From Microcystis aeruginosa NIES-843 (GTDB lineage Bacteria; Cyanobacteriota; Cyanobacteriia; Cyanobacteriales; Microcystaceae), in the NCBI RefSeq assembly GCF_000010625.1, contig NC_010296.1, positions 3,030,001 through 3,062,000 of the forward strand: a DNA stretch of 32,000 bases. Reading direction: 5' to 3'. The notes beneath the pieces are model-generated. The model made no database searches. It was given only the letters and a program-made list of their open reading frames with translations, and was not told the DNA's origin. Numbering within the stretch: position 1 is the first letter of the stretch; every line of letters starts with the position of its first letter. The translations under genes and the position numbers were made by a program. This document shows positions 19,273 through 27,406 of the stretch, one piece after another.

Positions 19273-20152
19273 AACTCCCTACCTAGCTAGGCTGCCAAGA
19301 ACAACAATGGCAAAAGATGCCCGATAATAGTCCCCGTTGACCGGATGCTCGGAAATTTCTCTCATTTTTGCCTCCAACGCAATCTGAAATTTATCAGGGG
19401 TTTCTCTCTAAACAAGGACTTGATTCACCCTTTCGGGTTTCATCTCTATAGTTCCCAATTCCACCGTTAAAAACCACCGGCCAAGAGATTTTTTTCGGGT
19501 TTGGGGGTTGGGTGTGAGGTTTTAGGGTGTTGGGGTTTAGGATTTTAGTTGAAATTCCTCAGTAAAATACTGCGAATCTCGCTCTCATTGCAGCTTCCTT
19601 CCATAATTTCTCGGAATCTCCCCCAATAGACCCTATTTCTTTTAGTCTAGGACAAGCATTTATCTTACTTGTGAGGTACAAAGTATCGGGTTTTGGGGAA
19701 GGCTGGAACTGGGGAAGGCTGGAGCAGTAGCTGGTCGTCTGGGGATGATGCCAAATGCCGTCATACTTCATCTTGATGAGAAACGCTCTCTTACACCAAA
19801 TCCGTTTTTAATAGTGTGATTAACTCTCAAGTTATCAATTGTTTCTCCCTGCTCCCCACTCCGCATCTCCAGCGCTCCCTTCTCCCCACACCCCACTCTC
19901 CTATACCTTTTAAACAGGATTTAGTATTACCTCCTCTTGTCACTAATAATAAATCTGATAAGCTAATTATGTAACATATTTTTCAGTAAGCTTTACTGAA
20001 TTTAAACCAGCCCTAGAGATTTTTAGTACAAAAGTTCTAGCTCCCTATCTTTGCTTGTAGCTCTCATGCCGTCTTAACCGATAATTTAGATGTGTAGTCA
20101 GCTTATTCACAGCAGCCAGAGGTAAAAAGGGTCAGAAAACACGAGCCGATTT

Positions 20153-20368
20153 ATGAGATTGACTGCCGAATTTTTTGAGACTAGGACAGTACATTTGCGC
20201 TGAAAAATCTCCAAAAATTTTCCAGTGGGGAAGAGGGAAAATTGAGAACAAATGTATGAATCAAAAAGAAAAACTCGAATGATAGAAATTAAAAAATTTT
20301 TGGGATCGGATGGTTACACCGAAACCACAGACGGGCTGCTCCTAGCCTCGATCGCCAACTCTTTCTAA
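20153..20368 (+). pseudogene. Possible decayed N-terminal remnant of a DNA-3-methyladenine glycosylase (Mpg/AAG family) gene
   Basis: One frame reads MRLTAEFFETRTVHLR*KISKNFPVGKREN*EQMYESKRKTRMIEIKKFLGSDGY.... This loosely matches the family N-terminus (L..FF.r.t..lA..LLGk.LV ... G.IvEtEAYlG..D.A.H) but carries two in-frame stops and has no continuation. The match is weak and from memory. Confidence 0.2.
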
Positions 20369-20446
20369 AACCGATTACCGAAATAACACGGGAGCATGAA
20401 AGCCATTCTCTTTTTAAGCAATGGATGAAATGCGACTCGACGGGTT

Positions 20447-20593
20447 TTAACCCGTCGTATCCTTTTCCTCTAATTTTAGACTATCAATCCAGTCTTCGAT
20501 GAGTGCTGTTATGGTTTTGTCTTTCTGGGCAGCATATCAATATAGCTTATTTCTTCTGCGGTCAAAACGAATTGTTAATGATTTAGTCTTCAT
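20447..20593 (-). pseudogene. Possible frameshifted small ribbon-helix-helix (CopG/antitoxin-like) gene remnant
   Basis: The minus strand reads MKTKSLTIRFD, then a frame change, AEEISYIDMLPRKTKP, another frame change, and TITALIEDWIDSLKLEEKDTTG-stop. The concatenated peptide resembles about 50-aa RHH proteins. Two frame changes are needed. The stop codon lies in the loop of the CGACGGGTT..AACCCGTCG hairpin (20438-20457). Confidence 0.25.
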
Positions 20594-20745
20594 ACATATA
20601 TATAGCGTTTCCTATTCGCAAGAGGTACATTATCGATGTTGAAAAGCTTAATCAGCAAAGGTTTAATTATGCCCCACAGGTGTGAGAAATGCTATAATTA
20701 AGCTAAGACGTATTTAAACCGCTTATTCTTAGATTAGCCGAATCT

Positions 20746-20777
20746 CCCCCCCCACCCCCCCGACGTCGGGGGGGGGT
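20746..20777. repeat. Homopolymer palindrome C8-A-C7-GACGTC-G9-T, with a perfect 20-bp core at 20755-20774
   Basis: Read directly from the sequence. It could form a very stable hairpin or cruciform about 105 bp upstream of the tnpB-like ATG. Two copies of TGCCTCTTGC follow (20780-20789 and 20795-20804). Confidence 0.85.
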
Positions 20778-20881
20778 GTTGCCTCTTGCATGAGTGCCTC
20801 TTGCCTCGTCTCAACAAGAAATTTAAATTACGAACAGCTTAGTGCATTTATGTTAGTATAACATCAGGAGGTAAAAATACA

Positions 20882-22213
20882 ATGTATAGATGCCAGCAAA
20901 ATCTAATGAGCATGGATAAACATTTAAAGGCTATCCTTGAGTTAATTTGTGCTGAGTCTCATAAGCTGACTAACTGTGGAATTTATTATGCCCGTCAACT
21001 TTATTTAAAAACCCAGAAAATTATTGGCAAATTTGATTTAGAGAAAGAGTATAAAAACAACAAACACGATCAAGTTTTATCCTCTCAGGCAGCACAGCAA
21101 ATACTTAGAAGTGTTGCTGAGTCATTTAAATCATTTAAAGAGCTAAACCAGAAATATAGAAAGGGAGAGTTAACAGATGAGCCTCATCTACCTAAATACA
21201 TAAAAAAAGAAGGTCTGTTCCTTGTCACTTATCCCAAGCAAGCCCTAAAATGGGTTGATAATCAAATTGGAATCCCTTTAGGAAAAACTGTTAAGCAATG
21301 GTTTGGACTTGATAGCTTCTATTGGCCAATGACCTCCAATTTGAGGTTTCAAGAAATTAAGGAATTAAGAATACTGCCCAGAAATCATTGTTTTTATGTT
21401 GAGTTTGTTGATGAGAGTAAACCAGTCGAGATTGAGGTCAATCCCGATAATGTACTAGGTTTAGATCCGGGTTTAAACAATTGGCTAACAGGAGTTTCTA
21501 GTCTTGGTACTAGCTTTGTAATTGATGGAAGGCATCTTAAGTCTGTTAATCGTTGGTACCACAAGCAGGTAGCTACTCTCAAAGAAGGAAAACCTCAAGG
21601 ATTTTGGTCAACTCAACTCGCTAAAATCACAGAAAAGCGTAATCGAAAAATAAGAGATGCTGTTAATAAAGCAGCTAGACTTGTTATTAATCACTGTCTT
21701 GAGCATCAAAGGAACAAAGACCAAAAGGGGGAAGGTAATTTAGGCAAAAAGAACCATCAATCTTTTGTTTCAATTCCGACAGCAAAACTCAAAGAACGTA
21801 TTAGACAATTGTGTGAACATTGTGGGATTAAGTTTATTGAAACAGAAGAAAGTTATACCTCAAAAGCTTCATTTTTAGACAATGACTCGCTACCTAAATT
21901 TGTTGAAAAAACCGAAGGGTGGCAACCATCAGGAAAGAGAACAAAAAGAGGATTGTATCGGACTGCTCAAAATCAGTATATTAATGCTGATGCTAATGGG
22001 GCAGCTAACATAATTCGGAAAGTAAGCACAACACTTAATTTTGATTTAAGTCGAGTGTCTAGGGGCGTTTTGACTCGTCCTCAGAAATTCAAGTGCTGGT
22101 CAGCTAAAAAGACGCGAAGTCCGCTGAGAATCCTCCGTCATTTATGGGTCGGAGAAGTCAAAAAAACTTTTATTATGGAGGACAACTACTCGTGCTATAC
22201 CTTGCAGAAGTAA
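20882..22213 (+). CDS. tnpB: TnpB-like protein (IS200/IS605-family accessory protein, IS1341-type, with no tnpA). Probably a decaying copy.
   Basis: RuvC-like motifs LGLDPGLNNWLT and NADANGAANIIRK, plus the ETEESYTSKASFLDNDSLP block typical of a cyanobacterial TnpB-related subgroup. AGGAGG RBS at 20865-20870. There are no CxxC zinc-finger cysteines. Roughly 7-8 aa seem to be missing after INHCLEHQ relative to my recollection of relatives. The ORF tail runs 22 nt past the hmpF start codon. Confidence 0.8.
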   Translation: MYRCQQNLMSMDKHLKAILELICAESHKLTNCGIYYARQLYLKTQKIIGKFDLEKEYKNNKHDQVLSSQAAQQILRSVAESFKSFKELNQKYRKGELTDEPHLPKYIKKEGLFLVTYPKQALKWVDNQIGIPLGKTVKQWFGLDSFYWPMTSNLRFQEIKELRILPRNHCFYVEFVDESKPVEIEVNPDNVLGLDPGLNNWLTGVSSLGTSFVIDGRHLKSVNRWYHKQVATLKEGKPQGFWSTQLAKITEKRNRKIRDAVNKAARLVINHCLEHQRNKDQKGEGNLGKKNHQSFVSIPTAKLKERIRQLCEHCGIKFIETEESYTSKASFLDNDSLPKFVEKTEGWQPSGKRTKRGLYRTAQNQYINADANGAANIIRKVSTTLNFDLSRVSRGVLTRPQKFKCWSAKKTRSPLRILRHLWVGEVKKTFIMEDNYSCYTLQK

Positions 22214-23832
22214 AAAAACAGACTAGAGGTTTTATCGGTGGTTACAAAACCGAATTGAAACTATTGGCCTGTCAGCATAATGATCAGACGTGGAGTGCCA
22301 TACCGGGGGAAGATATCTTAACCTACGACGAAACTAACTCCCTGGGTGAAGGTGCGCTTCTCTTGGTAAATTTGAGCAATAATCGTCAACTGCAAGGAAA
22401 CCCGGAATTAGCGGGAGCGGAGATGGTGCGGCAACTGCAAAAGATTTCCCGTTTGATGGAGCGCAGCAAGAAAGATCAAGAGAAAATCGAGCAGTGGAAA
22501 CAATCCCTCACCTATCAAAGCGAGATTCTCAACCGCCAGAAAATGGAAATGGAGACAAGAATCGAGCAAATTGAACAAATAGAGGCAGAATTCGATTATT
22601 TAGAGCGCAAAAGACAAGAACTGGAAACCCTAAAACAACAATTAAACGAGCAACAGCGACACCTGGAAGAAGGACAAATAAATTGTAACTCCTACCCCAA
22701 TCTTTCCCCAGAAAAACAACAATTTATTCGCTCTCTAGCGGAGCGTTTAGCTAATAATCATGATCGGGGCAATTCTCCCTCACAAATTCTCCATTCCACT
22801 CTTGAATCTGTGCAGGAACAACAGACAATTTTAAATAGTTGTTGGCAGAGTTTAGAGGAGCAGAAAAAAACTGTAGAAAATCGTCAGGTCGCCAACGATG
22901 AAATGCTCGATTATCTCGAACAAAGAGCTAGGGAATTACAGACGAGTCGCAATGCTTTGGAAACGGCTCAAATACAATTACAAATACAAGAAACTGTTCT
23001 GAATCAAAAACAGGAATTATTCGAGCGCCTTAACCTCACCCTACAAACCACTGATTCTACTCGACAAATGCTCCTTCGTCTCCTGCAAGGGGAAGAACTA
23101 GATTTTGATGGTAAAATCGATCTAGAAGCTCTTGAAAAAATGCCTTTAGAAGAATTGGAGAGCTTAGTTAAGAACTTACAAACAGACCTCAAGCGCTGGG
23201 AAATTTTTGTCAACGACCAAGAGGAAGAATTAACTCTCCAATGCCAAACCGTGGAAGAATTAGAAGCAAGAATGGCCACAATAGATGAATCCGAGCGAGC
23301 TAATTTAGAATCCGAATTAGCCGAGGAACAGGAAAAAAAAGGAATGCTGGCGGCAACTTTGGTCGGACAAAGACGTAATCTCCAGGAAAGGCAAGCTATT
23401 CGCTCTCAACATCTGAAAATGCTGCAACGGAGACAGGGGATTTTATCCCCAGAAGATGCCCAAAAATGTAGCTTTGAACCATTGTTAATTCTGTTGGCCG
23501 ATAATTATCAAAATAATCTCCAAGAAAGTCAACGTTTAGCAGCAGAAATCAAGGGACTACAAGAGGATTTACCAAAAAACAGAGATACTATTGACGGTCA
23601 ATGGTCGGATTTAGAGCAAAAAACTCGTGAATTTGAAGAACAGGAGCGACAATGGCGCGATGCTAATCTGGCATTATTGCGTTTAAAAACTCAGGTACAA
23701 CAGTACGAAACTTTCCTGCAACCCGTGCAGGATCAACTCGATCAAATCCGTCAAAAACTAGAAACTATCTCCCAATGGTTGACACCCATGGAATCTAATG
23801 GTAGTGCCTATCATTACGCTATTAACAGTTAG
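22192..23832 (+). CDS. hmpF: Coiled-coil pilus motility/taxis protein HmpF-like
   Basis: From the GTG at 22192, with a GGAGGA RBS at 22177-22182: VLYLAEVKKQTRGFIGGYKTELKLLACQHNDQTWSAIPGEDIL...GALLLVNLSNNRQLQG...EKIEQWKQSLTYQSEILNRQ.... This matches my recollection of the conserved HmpF N-terminal domain. About 430 aa of Q/E/L-rich coiled coil follow. The ORF-track ATG at 22144 would overlap tnpB and adds non-conserved residues. Confidence 0.7.
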   Translation: MLYLAEVKKQTRGFIGGYKTELKLLACQHNDQTWSAIPGEDILTYDETNSLGEGALLLVNLSNNRQLQGNPELAGAEMVRQLQKISRLMERSKKDQEKIEQWKQSLTYQSEILNRQKMEMETRIEQIEQIEAEFDYLERKRQELETLKQQLNEQQRHLEEGQINCNSYPNLSPEKQQFIRSLAERLANNHDRGNSPSQILHSTLESVQEQQTILNSCWQSLEEQKKTVENRQVANDEMLDYLEQRARELQTSRNALETAQIQLQIQETVLNQKQELFERLNLTLQTTDSTRQMLLRLLQGEELDFDGKIDLEALEKMPLEELESLVKNLQTDLKRWEIFVNDQEEELTLQCQTVEELEARMATIDESERANLESELAEEQEKKGMLAATLVGQRRNLQERQAIRSQHLKMLQRRQGILSPEDAQKCSFEPLLILLADNYQNNLQESQRLAAEIKGLQEDLPKNRDTIDGQWSDLEQKTREFEEQERQWRDANLALLRLKTQVQQYETFLQPVQDQLDQIRQKLETISQWLTPMESNGSAYHYAINS

Positions 23833-23873
23833 GCTTAATTAGGGTTTGCGGCAAAAAGTTTTTCCTGGGGGCA

Positions 23874-23904
23874 GGGTGTGGGGTGTGGGGTGTGGGGTGT
23901 GGGG
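23874..23904. repeat. Tandem heptamer (GGGTGTG) x4.4, a G-tract microsatellite
   Basis: Read directly from the sequence. G5 lies just upstream (23867-23871). The core GGGGTGTGGGG recurs in inverted orientation at 19884-19894. Confidence 0.85.
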
Positions 23905-24530
23905 TTTTACCAGTTTTGAGGTGGCCAATTACCTAATTTTCAGGGAAAAAGTGCCTAAATTTCCCCCCGATCACTCCCAGATCCAGTACTTTTTGATTGA
24001 CAAAAGGTCTAAAAGTCTTACCCAACAAGGTTTTTAGATTTATTCAGCCAGCCCTAATTAGTGTTAGGGCTTCCTGAACAAATAATACAGGGCAATCCAA
24101 ACAAAGATTTCGCCGTTTTTGCCGTTAACGGAGGCAGGGGGTAGGGGGCAGCAGGCCGTTTTTGTAACGGGGATTTATGCCCCGCTCCAAAAACTTTTCG
24201 CCTTAAGGCGAGGTTTTAGACCCGATTTTTCCGATAACTTTTATAGCTTTTTATCTATGGATAAAATAATTTAGATCAATTTAACCCTAGGTTAGATGTG
24301 GTATAGACTAGGATTAGTAATTTATACTCAGATAGTTATGAGACAATCCGATCGAGAAATAATAATTTTAGCGGCTGTGGCCTCCCTCTTAGCGCGCTTT
24401 TTAGATAAAAAAAACTGATTTATGGGGTTAAAGTCCGGCAGAATTGGCAATCAATGCCGAGGAAAGATATCGATAGAATGCTTGTGACAGGGGCAGCAAT
24501 TGCGATCGCCTCGATGAGCGAAATTAAATC

Positions 24531-24755
24531 ATGAATATTATTGTAACCGGTCAGGTAAAAAGAATCGAAATAGGCACGGGAACTTGGGCATTAATTGCTG
24601 ATAACGGTCAAACCTACGAATTAATGGAACCTCCCGCCGAATTAACCCAAAAAAAGGCAAAAGTGACAGTTATAGGTCAAATTCGCTCAGATGTGATGAC
24701 TCTGGCCATGATCGGACCGGTTTTACAAGTGATCTCCTTTCAATCCTTGCCATGA
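24531..24755 (+). CDS. Small conserved hypothetical protein, 74 aa, probably a beta-rich single domain
   Basis: Clean ORF with protein-like composition (VTGQVKRIEIGTGTWALIADNGQTYELMEPP...KVTVIGQIRSDVMTLAMIGPVLQVISFQ). It resembles small cyanobacterial DUF proteins. No function is assignable. Confidence 0.55.
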   Translation: MNIIVTGQVKRIEIGTGTWALIADNGQTYELMEPPAELTQKKAKVTVIGQIRSDVMTLAMIGPVLQVISFQSLP

Positions 24756-25024
24756 AGCCGCAAAATACTGCTTAAAAACGGGCAAAAACTACTTTTTAAG
24801 CTTGTAATCTCGAAAAATTCCCGTAATTGTCCTTCAGCTATCCCAGAAAGAAAAATTGTCAAGAAGACCCTAAAGGTTGATTTTTTCGAGAATAATCTCG
24901 AAATTTTGAATAATAATACTACAATAGACAGCAACTTTGTCTTAGGAACATCGGAATCACCTAAACCGATCTATCGGATTGGTTTAACTCGTAGTTACCT
25001 AAGTTGGCGTGAGGAGAGGACTGA

Positions 25025-25834
25025 ATGAATTTGCGCGATAATGCTTTAACGATTCTGCAAGAAACGAGTCGAACTTTTTATATTCCCATAAGTCGTTTAC
25101 CAGATCGCCTGCTCGAGGCAGTAGCCTCAGCTTATCTCTGTATGAGGGCGATCGATGAAGTAGAAGACCATCCCGACCTAGATAACTTCAGTAAATCCCA
25201 GATATTAAGACAAATTAGCCTGAATTTACAAGCAGGTACTGAAAATTCCACCAAAGAGGACTTTGCTTTTGGCTTAGTCCATCGGGAGATTTTGCCGGAA
25301 GTAACCCTGAGAATTGGCGAATGGGCCCTGTTAGCACCGGATTCGATCGCCCCCCGGGTTTGGGATGCCACGGCGGCCATGGCCGATCGCATGGCCTACT
25401 GGGCTGGGAATAACTGGGATATTCGCACAGAAATAGAATTAGATCAATATACCTTTAGTGTGGCCGGTGCCGTGGGTTTATTGCTGTCTGACCTCTGGAA
25501 TTGGTACGACGGCACTCAAACTAATCGCAGTTATGCCATCGGTTTTGGTCGGGGTTTACAAGCGGTTAATATTGCCCGCAACCATGGCGAGGATCTGCGC
25601 CGGGGGGTAAGTTTTCTGCCCCAGGGTTGGACAATTAGTGATATTCATAATTATGCCCGTCGTAATCTGAAATTAGCCGATTATTACACTCAATCGCTGC
25701 CTAATGGGCCGGCACTTGATTTTTGTAAGATTCCCCTCGCTTTAGCCCATGGCACTCTCGAAGTCCTAGCTTTAGGTAAGGAAAAACTCAGCCGCAGCGA
25801 TGTCATCGCTTTGGTACAACAAATTACCCGTTAG
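25025..25834 (+). CDS. Squalene/phytoene synthase family (trans-isoprenyl diphosphate synthase, head-to-head) protein, short form
   Basis: SRTFYIPISRLP...AYLCMRAIDEVED (first Asp-rich motif) and GLQAVNIARNHGEDLRRGVSFLP (second motif region, reading N-H-G-E-D where the family usually has D-x-x-x-D). Confidence 0.8.
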   Translation: MNLRDNALTILQETSRTFYIPISRLPDRLLEAVASAYLCMRAIDEVEDHPDLDNFSKSQILRQISLNLQAGTENSTKEDFAFGLVHREILPEVTLRIGEWALLAPDSIAPRVWDATAAMADRMAYWAGNNWDIRTEIELDQYTFSVAGAVGLLLSDLWNWYDGTQTNRSYAIGFGRGLQAVNIARNHGEDLRRGVSFLPQGWTISDIHNYARRNLKLADYYTQSLPNGPALDFCKIPLALAHGTLEVLALGKEKLSRSDVIALVQQITR

Positions 25835-25852
25835 AAGAAATCAAAATTAAAA

Positions 25853-25899
25853 TTGCCCACGATCGCTCTTCCAAAGTCAGGAATCACAAGCGTGGGCAA
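25853..25899. terminator. Candidate bidirectional terminator hairpin between convergent genes
   Basis: TTGCCCACG (25853-25861) pairs with CGTGGGCAA (25891-25899), a 9-bp stem. The loop is long (29 nt) with a possible inner TTCC/GGAA pairing, and there is no clear U-tract. Support is weak. Confidence 0.3.
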
Positions 25900-25921
25900 C
25901 AAACCGGTGGCGTTCAGTAAC

Positions 25922-26404
25922 TTAGAACAAACCGAGAGTTAAAGATATATCGATGGGGAAAGTGGCACCAATACCTAACCAGATCGTGACCACAGTACCA
26001 AATAGGAAGATAGCGGTAGCGACGGGACGACGGAAAGGATTTTGGAATTTATTGACGCTTTCAATAAAGGGAACTAACATCAAGCCTAGGGGAACGCCGG
26101 CCATGCAAGCGATACCTAAGAGTTTGTTAGGAAGAATACGGAGAATTTGGAAAACGGGATAAAGATACCACTCTGGCAGAATTTCTAGGGGAGTAGCGAA
26201 AGGATCGGCAGGTTCACCGATCATGGTGGGATCCATAATCGCTAAACCGGTGCAGAGTCCGATCGTACCAAAGATAACTACCGGGAAGACATAGAGTAGA
26301 TCGTTAGGCCAAGCGGGTTCACCGTAGTAGTTGTGACCCATCCCTTTAGCCAACTTAGCGCGCAGAGCGGGATCGCTGAGATCGGGCTTTTTTAATGTGG
26401 ACAT
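25922..26404 (-). CDS. petD: Cytochrome b6-f complex subunit IV
   Basis: 160-aa protein [44 protein letters not shown]...[16 protein letters not shown]..., an unmistakable PetD sequence immediately downstream of petB. Confidence 0.97.
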   Translation of the reverse strand: MSTLKKPDLSDPALRAKLAKGMGHNYYGEPAWPNDLLYVFPVVIFGTIGLCTGLAIMDPTMIGEPADPFATPLEILPEWYLYPVFQILRILPNKLLGIACMAGVPLGLMLVPFIESVNKFQNPFRRPVATAIFLFGTVVTIWLGIGATFPIDISLTLGLF

Positions 26405-26455
26405 GGATAATGTCTCCTAAAAATGATTTCGGATCGACAGAGATATTTTTCTGAA

Positions 26456-27124
26456 TTATAGAGGCCCAGAAATGCCTTGTTTACGGATCATCAAGAAATG
26501 TAGCAACATGAAGACCGCGATCGACCAGGGTAGTACAAAGGTATGTAAGCTGTAGAAACGGGTTAAAGTTGCTTGACCGACGCTTTCGCTACCGCGCATC
26601 AGGGTGACGAGTTGATCACCGACGACGGGAATAGCAGCAGGTACACCGGAAACAATTTTAACGGCCCAGTAACCCACCTGATCCCAGGGTAAGGAATAAC
26701 CGGTGACACCGAAGGTAACGGTGATTACGGCCAAGACAACCCCAGTGACCCAGGTTAATTCGCGAGGTTTTTTGAAGCCACCGGTCAGATAGACGCGGAA
26801 AACGTGCAGGATCATCATTAAGACCATCATACTGGCAGACCAGCGATGGATAGAACGAATTAGCCAACCAAAGTTGACTTCGTTCATGATGTACTGTACG
26901 GAGGAGAGGGCCTCTGCTACAGTGGGTTTGTAGTAGAAGGTCATGGCGAAACCAGTGGCAAACTGGATCACGAAGCACACAAGGGTGATACCACCCAGAC
27001 AGTAGAAGATATTAACGTGGGGGGGAACGTATTTGGTGCTGATATCATCAGCGATCCCTTGAATTTCTAAGCGTTCCTGAAACCATTGATAGGCTTTAGA
27101 ATCCGTTACTTGTTTGGTAAACAT
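26456..27124 (-). CDS. petB: Cytochrome b6
   Basis: 222-aa protein ...[37 protein letters not shown]...[55 protein letters not shown]..., a canonical PetB sequence. Confidence 0.97.
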
Positions 27125-27406
27125 CGCGTAACCAGTAAGAAAAATGAAAGATTTAAGGTGTGACCTTTAAAAAATGTAACACAGTTTTCAGGGCTAATTC
27201 TCGCTCTTGTCAGGTTTCTCCACCGGTGGGGATCAATTGGCGATCGCTAGACCCGAAAAACGTAACTTCCTAAAATTTCCCTTAAAATGTCTCCTAGACT
27301 ACAAAAAATCGGGCCAATTGTCCGACACTGGGAATAGGTAAGGTTGACAGCTAGTTACTGATTTGCTCACATTGACCTACATACGCCACTATTTAGGCGA
27401 ACGTTT

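Noticed and set aside
19279-19365. 28-aa minus-strand ORF (MREISEHPVNGDYYRASFAIVVLGSLAR) ending 6 nt before the pilH start
   Set aside because: It is too short to support without conservation or ribosome-profiling data. It could be a leader peptide, but I have no evidence beyond the open frame.
19559-19771. 70-aa minus-strand ORF between pilH and the repeat tracts
   Set aside because: There is no RBS and no recognisable domain. It spans the GGGGAAGGCTGGA direct repeat and sits in an obviously degenerate intergenic region.
22144-22191. ATG-initiated 16-codon extension of hmpF
   Set aside because: The extension overlaps the tnpB tail and is not conserved-looking. The conserved HmpF N-terminus (LYLAEV...) starts at a GTG with a good GGAGGA RBS.
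23867-23904. Short tandem repeats considered as a CRISPR-like array
   Set aside because: The 7-bp units have no spacers. This is a microsatellite, not a CRISPR array. No repeat-spacer array occurs anywhere in the window.
23846-24037. 63-aa ORF downstream of hmpF
   Set aside because: It reads through the GGGTGTG microsatellite (giving GVGCGVWG) and low-complexity sequence, so it is almost certainly non-coding.
23836-24062. Possible MITE bounded by TTAATTAGGG (23836-23844 region) and CCCTAATTAG (24052-24061)
   Set aside because: The inverted match is only about 9-13 bp and imperfect. No target-site duplication is visible. The right arm is better explained as part of a local hairpin (24051-24070). 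Genome-wide copies would be needed to support this.
24338-24418. 26-aa ORF (MRQSDREIIILAAVASLLARFLDKKN) resembling a small membrane peptide
   Set aside because: It does not match any small photosystem or cytochrome subunit I can recognise. There is no clear RBS, and chance occurrence is likely.
25132-26978. ORFs 25132..25392(-), 25953..26162(+) and 26658..26978(-)
   Set aside because: They are antisense or alternative frames within the squalene-synthase-like gene, petD and petB respectively. The annotated frames are strongly supported.
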